Below, one piece after another: positions 57,417-64,000 of a stretch of DNA of 64,000 nt (its first letter is position 1; each line of letters begins with the position of its first letter). The notes beneath the pieces were generated by a model. The model saw only the letters and a list, made by a program, of their open reading frames with translations, had not been told where the DNA came from and ran no database searches. The position numbers and the translations under genes were made by a program. Where the stretch lies: positions 975 through 64,974 of the forward strand of contig JAYSZA010000043.1 in assembly GCA_043727115.1 (NCBI GenBank). Reading direction: 5' to 3'. The stretch is from Candidatus Saccharimonadota bacterium (lineage in GTDB: Bacteria; Patescibacteriota; Saccharimonadia; Saccharimonadales; SZUA-47).

Positions 57417-59057
57417 GTGAAGTATATCGCTTCAATTTTCATTATTTCAGTCTTTAGCCTAGCGATATTTCTATACCCTCCCGTAACTGTTGCTGCAGTT
57501 TCTGAAAACCTAGTTATTATGCAACTGCAAACAGCCGGAGCCGTTTCTGGCACCTTGAATGAAGAAGTTATAGTGCTTTATAACCTTTCGGCAGCGGATA
57601 TCAATATCTCTAACTGGTGCCTGCAAGACAGTAGTGCTTCAAATGGTGTGACTTTTAATGATCTAGCTTGTACGGTTCCAGTTGATACACAAACACAACT
57701 CTGGGCCGCGTCAGGTGGTTATGTTAGCTTTGCTACGTCTGAATTCATGACAAAAAACCCCGCTTTTACTCCGGATTTTATTTTCAGTGCAGGCATAGCT
57801 GCATCCGGTGGGCACATGATACTAGTTGACGAGAATAAGCAAGAAATTGACAGGGTATCTTGGGGTACGGCGGTTCAAATCAATGGTATCTTGCCGGCAA
57901 TAAAACATACGGAAGGAAAAGTACTAAGTCGTGATTCATTGGCACTGCAGCTGGACACAGATATCAATTTGGTAGATTTTAGTTCTAGGCCGTTATTAAA
58001 TCCAATTGTGTCCGGAGTTTACGAGGTAGAGATAGTTGTCGATACATGTTTAAATATCCCAGATGTTCAACTTGAAGTGCCGCAAGGCTATATGGTTGAT
58101 GCAGATGGTGTTTGCATTGAGGATTTCTGCCCTAACATTGACGAGCTACAGATTGTTGCGCCGGAAGGTTACGAAAAGATTAATGGTGCAGTGGACTGTA
58201 CTCTAATACCGCTTGAAGACGCAATACTATTTATTACAGAACTGGTTGCCAATGCACCATCCGATGATAAGGGGCAAGAGTTTATTGAATTCTACAATCC
58301 ACAAAAATACGCAGTTGATTTAGAGGGCTATAGGCTACAAGTTGGTCCAGGGTTCACTAAGGAATTCGTATTTCCTCATCAAAGTATCGCCGCAGGGCAG
58401 TATCTAGTATTTGAGGACTCTGTAACTAAAATTGTTTTGCCAAATACAACCGGAGTAGAGCTAAGACTAGTTGCACCAGCAGGCAATATAGTAAGCGAGA
58501 GTCCCGTTTATAGTAACGCTAACGATGATGCGTCTTGGGCCTTAGTTGAAGACCAGTGGATTTATACAAATCAAATTACGCCTGGAGGGCCAAATAAACC
58601 CTACTTGGAGCCAGTAGAAGATGAAGTGACTGGTGTCACAAGCGTGCAAGCACCATGTCCGGCAGGTAAATACCGCAACCCAGAAACAAATCGCTGCCGC
58701 ATTATAGAAACAGCGGTATCACAGCTGACACCGTGCGATGAGGACGAGTATAGGAATACCGATACTAACCGTTGCCGAAAAACACCTGTAGTCTCCTCAC
58801 TGTCCTCATGCCCAGAGGGACAGGAAAGAAATCCTGAGACAAATCGCTGCCGTAAAGTAAGCGTGCTCGGAGCATCACTAGATGAAATTCCTACAGTTAC
58901 AGATGTTGCAGTAGAAAATAAAGCTGGGCAGATAAATTGGCTGGTTATTGCCGTAGCTTTGTCAGGAACATTAGCATATATCACTTATGAATGGCGCCGT
59001 GAGCTGGGGCAGAAACTGGTTCTAGTTAAACGCCGCTTTGCCGGTTTTGTGAGATAA
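57417..59057 (+). CDS. cell-surface protein with two lamin-tail domains, three Cys-loop repeats and C-terminal TM anchor
   Basis: Signal peptide. LTD 1 VIMQLQTAG...EEVIVLYNLSAADINISNWCLQ. LTD 2 ITELVANAPSDDKGQEFIEFYNPQKYAVDLEGYRLQVG. Three repeats C-x4-[YE]RN[PT][ED]TNRC-R at 58656-58853. C-terminal TM segment WLVIAVALSGTLAYITY then RRELGQK. Confidence 0.75.
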   Translation: MKYIASIFIISVFSLAIFLYPPVTVAAVSENLVIMQLQTAGAVSGTLNEEVIVLYNLSAADINISNWCLQDSSASNGVTFNDLACTVPVDTQTQLWAASGGYVSFATSEFMTKNPAFTPDFIFSAGIAASGGHMILVDENKQEIDRVSWGTAVQINGILPAIKHTEGKVLSRDSLALQLDTDINLVDFSSRPLLNPIVSGVYEVEIVVDTCLNIPDVQLEVPQGYMVDADGVCIEDFCPNIDELQIVAPEGYEKINGAVDCTLIPLEDAILFITELVANAPSDDKGQEFIEFYNPQKYAVDLEGYRLQVGPGFTKEFVFPHQSIAAGQYLVFEDSVTKIVLPNTTGVELRLVAPAGNIVSESPVYSNANDDASWALVEDQWIYTNQITPGGPNKPYLEPVEDEVTGVTSVQAPCPAGKYRNPETNRCRIIETAVSQLTPCDEDEYRNTDTNRCRKTPVVSSLSSCPEGQERNPETNRCRKVSVLGASLDEIPTVTDVAVENKAGQINWLVIAVALSGTLAYITYEWRRELGQKLVLVKRRFAGFVR

Positions 59058-59119
59058 CGCACAACATTCAGGTAAGTTGGGCGTATAGTTGGAGTTACTA
59101 ACTAAGGGAGAACCGTTCT

Positions 59120-59545
59120 ATGGATTGGGGAAGTCAATTAGGTGATTTGAACTGGTGGGCAGTAGTCGGGGCAACCGCATCTACATTTGTAGTTGGGTCT
59201 GCATGGTATTCGATGAGTGTGTTTGGTAAGAAGTGGGCAAAGTTAATAGGCTTGAGCGAAAAAGATATGAAAAGTGGTGATGGCATGACAGAAGTATTTG
59301 TCATGACGGGCATAACGTCGTTCATTACAGCTGCCGTTATGGGTGCTCTAATGATGGCGACTGGTACAAGTGGAGCTGCTGACGGATTATTATTTGGTGC
59401 TATTGCAGGAGTCGCATTTCGATTCGGGAGTCACGTCATGCACAATGGATTTGCGCGTCGTAGCAAAGACCTGACTTGGATTGACGGAATGCACGATATA
59501 GTAGCACTAGCCGTAGTTGGTGCAGTGCTAGGGCAGTGGCTCTAG
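59120..59545 (+). CDS. DUF1761-family small membrane protein
   Basis: LNWWAVVGATASTFVVGSAWYSMSVFGKKWAKLIGL is the DUF1761 N-terminal pattern. 4 TM segments. Confidence 0.65.
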   Translation: MDWGSQLGDLNWWAVVGATASTFVVGSAWYSMSVFGKKWAKLIGLSEKDMKSGDGMTEVFVMTGITSFITAAVMGALMMATGTSGAADGLLFGAIAGVAFRFGSHVMHNGFARRSKDLTWIDGMHDIVALAVVGAVLGQWL

Positions 59546-59591
59546 TCATCCTGGTTTGGCCTAAGCAGATATCAACTAGTACAATAGGGGT

Positions 59592-60479
59592 ATGAGCCTG
59601 AGCCCCGAGAATATTCAACTGATAGTCAATCAAGATTCAGGCAAAGTCCCTGCTAAAATGAAGTCATTGTCTAAACTTGTTAAAGAATACGGTTTGCGTC
59701 TGAAGATGTGCGATGGTCCTGATCTGGATAATACTATTCGTGAGGCTTTAAGAAACAAAAAACTGAAACGGATTATTATCGGTGGCGGCGATGGTTCAAT
59801 CAGTCTGACAGCAAGCTTGGTTCGCCGCATTAAACCTAACGTTGAAGTTGCAATTCTGCCTCTCGGAACTGCTAATTATTATGCCAAATCTCTGGGCGTT
59901 ACCCGCAGTTTAGCGCAAGCATTTGAAGTAGCAATGGGAAGTAATACTGAGCAGAGACATTTATGTCGTGCCAACAAAAGAGACTTCCTGATAGGCGTCA
60001 ACGTCGGCGCAACTTCGCAGATGTTTTCTGAGGTCACAGATGAAGACAAGAAGCGATATGGAAAACTGGCCTATTTCAACGGGATTGCTAAGGTATTCTT
60101 CCGCTCGTCAGCACCCGATTTAGAAGTCAGAGCAAATGGCAAAAAGTACTTCTACACCAGCACGGAGCTGGTCGTACTGAACCAATATATGCCAGACTCT
60201 ATTCATATAACACCGAAAGTTTCTGGTGCTGAACCTTACTTTGAAATTATCACCTATGGTCTAGGCAACAATAGCTTCTCACCTTTTTTCGCTGCCGCTA
60301 TATTCGCCTTAAGCTTGGGTAGAAATCAAAAATATCTGAAGCGTATCAGAGCAACCAAAGCAGAAATTAGAAGTCGCAAACAGCAGCCTGTTGCGATTGA
60401 CGGTGATAGCATGGAGCGGTTGCCTCTAAAGGTTGAATTAATCAAAAAACCGGTGACTTTTGTCCGGTCAGACGACTAG
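59592..60479 (+). CDS. diacylglycerol-kinase catalytic domain (DAGK_cat) lipid kinase, YegS/BmrU-like
   Basis: RIIIGGGDGSIS (GGDG motif) and AILPLGTANYYAKSLG (LPxGTxN motif). Confidence 0.75.
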   Translation: MSLSPENIQLIVNQDSGKVPAKMKSLSKLVKEYGLRLKMCDGPDLDNTIREALRNKKLKRIIIGGGDGSISLTASLVRRIKPNVEVAILPLGTANYYAKSLGVTRSLAQAFEVAMGSNTEQRHLCRANKRDFLIGVNVGATSQMFSEVTDEDKKRYGKLAYFNGIAKVFFRSSAPDLEVRANGKKYFYTSTELVVLNQYMPDSIHITPKVSGAEPYFEIITYGLGNNSFSPFFAAAIFALSLGRNQKYLKRIRATKAEIRSRKQQPVAIDGDSMERLPLKVELIKKPVTFVRSDD

Positions 60480-60560
60480 AGAATGGAGTTAATTTCTACA
60501 AATCTTGTATTAGAACCGTAATTCACTATACTGAGAACAAAGATAGAGAGGTTACTCATA

Positions 60561-61694
60561 ATGAAAGAACTTACGGTTACACTGCAAGAAAAACGTGCTT
60601 TAGCAATTGCAACTTTGATAGCGATTATATTTGGTGCGTATTTTTTAAGCTCCTTTTTCATACTGGTTGTTTTGGCAGGAATTCTCTCCTACTTGTTCAG
60701 CCCGTTATATAACAGGCTATCCAAAAGGATGAGCAGCTCATCAGCTTCCGCAATAGTACTGCTCATTAGTATATTGGCTGTCGTGGGACCACTCACTTTG
60801 ATTATAATTTTCGCTGGCGTACAAGTTAGTAATAATATTAATTCTCTTGCTAACTCGTTGTCGGGCTCTAGCCTAACTAATACGGGCTCTAGGATTATTG
60901 AGATTGTTAATGATTTTCTTGATTCGATACCATTCGTTAACTTCACTGTTACGGAACAGTCCCTGATCGATGGAGTTAAAAGTATCTCGCAAACAGCCGG
61001 TTCATATTTATTAGACGTAGCTAGCGGGGTTGCGTCAAGCATCCTTGGGTTCATAACAGCAAGCATTATATATATGTATGTTTTTGTATCACTTTTGCGC
61101 AACGGCCGGACTTTGATCACGATCTTCCGCAAACTTAACCCATTGGGCGATGAGATTTCTAACCTATATCTAGAAAAAATTGGTGCTATGGTTCGAGGCA
61201 CAGTCCAGGGCCAGTTCATAATCGCAATAGTTCAGGGATTTCTAGGGGCATTAACTTTCGCGTTGCTTGGTTACCCAGAGTTCTTCTTCATTTTGTTCGT
61301 TGTTTTCTCTGCCATGTCGGTAATACCGTTAGGAGCCGGGATAATTTCAATACCAGCGGCAATAGTTATGGCGCTATTTGGGCAGGTATGGCAGGGGATT
61401 GTGATCATACTTCAGCATATTTTGATAAATTCAAATATTGATAATATTCTTCGCCCGATTCTTGTACCAAAAAAGGCAAGACTTGATGCTGCTTTGATGC
61501 TCCTGTCGGTATTCGCAGGAATTAGGCTGTTTGGATTTCTGGGGATTGTTATAGGACCTACTATTATGATAATTATAGTCACTACAATTAGGGTCTATCT
61601 GGATGTTTATGAAGATTATGGAAGCAGTTTTGATGCAGCCGAGAAACCACGCAAATCTAAGCTGTGGTTTCTCAAAAGAAAACAAAAAGCCTGA
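60561..61694 (+). CDS. AI-2E family transporter (UPF0118/PerM-like)
   Basis: 377 aa, 8 TM. TVQGQFIIAIVQGFLGALTFALLGYP...GAGIISIPAAIVMALFGQ is the family pattern. Confidence 0.75.
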   Translation: MKELTVTLQEKRALAIATLIAIIFGAYFLSSFFILVVLAGILSYLFSPLYNRLSKRMSSSSASAIVLLISILAVVGPLTLIIIFAGVQVSNNINSLANSLSGSSLTNTGSRIIEIVNDFLDSIPFVNFTVTEQSLIDGVKSISQTAGSYLLDVASGVASSILGFITASIIYMYVFVSLLRNGRTLITIFRKLNPLGDEISNLYLEKIGAMVRGTVQGQFIIAIVQGFLGALTFALLGYPEFFFILFVVFSAMSVIPLGAGIISIPAAIVMALFGQVWQGIVIILQHILINSNIDNILRPILVPKKARLDAALMLLSVFAGIRLFGFLGIVIGPTIMIIIVTTIRVYLDVYEDYGSSFDAAEKPRKSKLWFLKRKQKA

Positions 61695-61790
61695 GCCTAA
61701 TCTGTATTTGTCAGGGCTATCCATTAGCAGTATAGTTAGGGTTAGCACTGTATATTTAAGCTCTAAGATTCGGGGAAAAGGATTCTAGAT

Positions 61791-62762
61791 ATGGAACAAG
61801 AAAATCAGAAACCTGTAGAAACAGAGAATACTGTAAATAATGTTGCTCCGGAGGGTTCTGTCCCACCAGCTGAAGTTTCGGCATCAGCCCAAGCTATAAA
61901 GACAAACAAAGGTAATAAATGGATATTCCCAGTTTTGGCTGTTGCTCTACTATGCGCAATAGGAGGCGGTGCCTGGTTCTTGTTCAGGGGCGATAAGCCA
62001 GCTGAAAATAACAGCACCAGAATCGTGCCTGCAATCAATAGCTATGATGAATGTGTTGCCGCTGGATATCCTATTATGGAGAGCTTCCCAGAGCAGTGTG
62101 GTGTCCCAGGTGGTCAGACATTCGTAAACACAAAAGCAGTGACAGCGGAAGAAACATCCGAAATCGAAGAATCAGAAGAGGTTGCGTTGGAGTGTACGGA
62201 TGACGAAACATTATTTGCCGACAATGAATTTGGAGCAGCATTTTGCTATCCAACAGAGTGGGGTTCCGCATCAGTTATGGATGCAAAAGTAGATGTGTCT
62301 GATACTGGTTACCGAGAAGCAGTTCGCTTTTCTGCAAATACGAAATTCATAGTTGGTGGGACAAGTGAGGACTGGTCAACCACTGTTGGTCGTGGTGTTG
62401 GCTGCAAGGAACCCAATAATGTCGTTCCAGAACTTAGTAGCTATGATACAGACTGGCACGATTTTTCTGGTGAGGGTATGGCTATAGAGTTTGCGTCCAG
62501 AAGTATTGCTACGAACGAAGGTGGCTATGACATTACGGAGACAGTATCGAATATGCTAGAAGTCGGTGTATGTGTGCAGGGGCACAAAGTAATCGACGGA
62601 TCTAGATACAGGGTGCTCTTCGAAGCATTTTTCACAGATTTTTCCGAAACATCAGGCATTACTACACCAAAAGCACATATCGATAATTCAAACGTTCTGT
62701 TCACGGACAAAGAAAGAGCTCAGTTTGATTCCTTGCTTGCGTCAGCCACCAGCACTAATTAG
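61791..62762 (+). CDS. hypothetical N-terminally anchored extracytoplasmic protein
   Basis: 323 aa. An acidic N-terminus is followed by a TM segment (WIFPVLAVALLCAIGGGAWFLF) and a Cys-containing extracellular domain. Confidence 0.5.
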   Translation: MEQENQKPVETENTVNNVAPEGSVPPAEVSASAQAIKTNKGNKWIFPVLAVALLCAIGGGAWFLFRGDKPAENNSTRIVPAINSYDECVAAGYPIMESFPEQCGVPGGQTFVNTKAVTAEETSEIEESEEVALECTDDETLFADNEFGAAFCYPTEWGSASVMDAKVDVSDTGYREAVRFSANTKFIVGGTSEDWSTTVGRGVGCKEPNNVVPELSSYDTDWHDFSGEGMAIEFASRSIATNEGGYDITETVSNMLEVGVCVQGHKVIDGSRYRVLFEAFFTDFSETSGITTPKAHIDNSNVLFTDKERAQFDSLLASATSTN

Positions 62763-62771
62763 TTGATAAAA

Positions 62772-63581
62772 CTAACTAGTGGTCTTTGTGCGGAATAGGT
62801 GAGAAGCGGTTGGAACTGCAACTATTAAAATTATGAGACTCCACATTACAGCCAGCCAGCCGTAATTTCCGATAGGTGTACCTAGTATGAGAGCTCGGAT
62901 AGCCTCCACGACCTGTGTTATGGGCTGGTTTTCTGCAAAAGCTCTTAGGTATGTACCCATCCCATCTGTTGGACTGAAGGCGCTAGACGCAAATGTTAGA
63001 GGGAATATGATGACAAAAGTTAGCCACTGAACAGCCTCTACACTTTTAGCCATGACACCGATGATAGCTGATAACCAAGAAAACGAGAAGGTGAAGAGAA
63101 GTAGTATTCCTACAATTTGTAGCCATTCAAAAGCGCTAGCCTCTGGGCGGAACCCAATAACGAGTCCTGCGAGCAACATGACGACAGTAGAAATTGTGTT
63201 TCGAAAAATATCTGAAACAACATGACCATTTAAAACTGCCAAATTTGCCATAGGTAGACTACGGAATCTATCAACAATACCTTTTTTCAAATCATTCGTG
63301 ACGGCTATCGCAGTTGTTGTCGAACCAAATGAAACGGTCTGAACGATGATTCCAGCCATCAAAAAGTTAATATAGCTAACACCAGGAGGAAGTGCTTTTT
63401 CGATTGCTCCGCCAAAAACAGATGCGAATAGTACAAGGAACATTATTGGCTGGAAGAACGCGCCAAGGAGTTGGTCGGTGTTACGTAGAATGTGCGTGCT
63501 GCTGCGCTTTATCATTAACATTGAATCAAGAAACATTAGATAGAGTTTTGATTTTTTCTGGAACACTAATTCGACGGCCAT
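62772..63581 (-). CDS. ABC-2 family transporter permease
   Basis: 269 aa, 6 TM. Overlaps the upstream ATPase gene by 1 nt. Confidence 0.75.
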   Translation of the reverse strand: MAVELVFQKKSKLYLMFLDSMLMIKRSSTHILRNTDQLLGAFFQPIMFLVLFASVFGGAIEKALPPGVSYINFLMAGIIVQTVSFGSTTTAIAVTNDLKKGIVDRFRSLPMANLAVLNGHVVSDIFRNTISTVVMLLAGLVIGFRPEASAFEWLQIVGILLLFTFSFSWLSAIIGVMAKSVEAVQWLTFVIIFPLTFASSAFSPTDGMGTYLRAFAENQPITQVVEAIRALILGTPIGNYGWLAVMWSLIILIVAVPTASHLFRTKTTS

Positions 63582-64000
63582 TATTTTGCTCCTTTGCTTG
63601 ATTTATCGGTTAGGCTTAGGAATACATCATCTAGTGTTGGTTTATGTATATCAATAGACGTTATTTGGATATGTTTTGCATTCAGTTTGTCTAGTATTTC
63701 TCTGACGTCTTCTCCGGTATTGTTTAATTTCACGGTTACTGTAAGTTCATCGACGTGCTTGTCGAACACTGATTTGCCTAACAATTTTGTGGCTTCTTGG
63801 AATGATTTGTCATTGCCCAAAGTCAGTACAAGCTGGTCTTTTCCAATTTTGCTCTTTAGCTCTGCTGCTGTTCCTTCAGCGACAACTCTACCGTCATTAA
63901 TAAGTATAATTTTGTCGGCTAGCTGGTCGGCTTCTTCTAGATACTGTGTAGTAAGCAAGATGGTTGTACCACGTTTCATGAGGTTTTTGATAATCTCCCA
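63581..64000 (-). CDS. ABC transporter ATP-binding protein (C-terminal part; N-terminus beyond window edge)
   Basis: TTILLTTQYLEEADQLADKIILINDGRVVAEG is the H-loop/D-loop region. The reading frame continues past base 64000. Confidence 0.75.
   Translation of the reverse strand, partial: WEIIKNLMKRGTTILLTTQYLEEADQLADKIILINDGRVVAEGTAAELKSKIGKDQLVLTLGNDKSFQEATKLLGKSVFDKHVDELTVTVKLNNTGEDVREILDKLNAKHIQITSIDIHKPTLDDVFLSLTDKSSKGAK

Overview
This is a roughly 40% GC, gene-dense (about 90% coding) window from a monoderm, Gram-positive-like bacterium. Several traits suggest a Patescibacteria/Saccharibacteria-like or other small-genome low-GC lineage: the dnaA/rpmH-rnpA-yidC-jag origin layout, an LAxTG (class-E-sortase-type) sorting signal, rhamnose cell-wall polysaccharide genes, and a ComEC that lacks its beta-lactamase domain. 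This placement is inference only. Four blocks are visible. (1) 1-8.9 kb is the chromosomal replication origin: recF(-), two unusual ORFs, dnaN(-), dnaA(-), clustered DnaA boxes on both sides of dnaA, then rpmH-rnpA-yidC-jag(+). (2) 8.9-13.3 kb holds a large sortase-type surface protein (beta-propeller + SGNH hydrolase), then an IS200/RAYT-like Y1 (HUH) transposase gene flanked by two near-identical 29-41 nt palindromes. (3) 13.3-53.6 kb is a very large cell-envelope glycan locus. It contains rmlA, rmlBC-x-D, phosphomannomutase, a sugar-phosphate nucleotidyltransferase, glmS, an initiating WbaP-like sugar transferase, about 8 glycosyltransferases, Wzm/Wzt ABC exporter, and two GtrA-like proteins. 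It also contains a DPM1/GtrB-like GT2 plus GT-C membrane protein, a Wzy_C-family protein, paralogous DUF2142-like membrane proteins, a UPF0104 flippase-like protein, a methyltransferase and a dehydrogenase. Interleaved with these are three large secreted proteins that share a previously unassigned ~45-60 aa repeat module (1x, 4x and 8x copies). (4) 53.6-64 kb contains a LexA-DNA-binding-domain-only regulator, a Upp-like phosphoribosyltransferase, and a compact DNA-uptake module. The module is a secreted DUF1524/HNH nuclease translationally coupled to ComEC, plus a tandem lamin-tail-domain protein with novel Cys repeats. After it come DUF1761, a DAGK-family lipid kinase, an AI-2E transporter and an ABC transporter (partial at the window edge). 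No rRNA, tRNA or CRISPR was found. The most interesting candidates are the shared surface-anchoring repeat family, the nuclease-ComEC-LTD module, the REP-like-palindrome-flanked Y1 transposase, the Ser-rich protein/Wzy_C pair, and the HExxH protein inserted between dnaN and recF.
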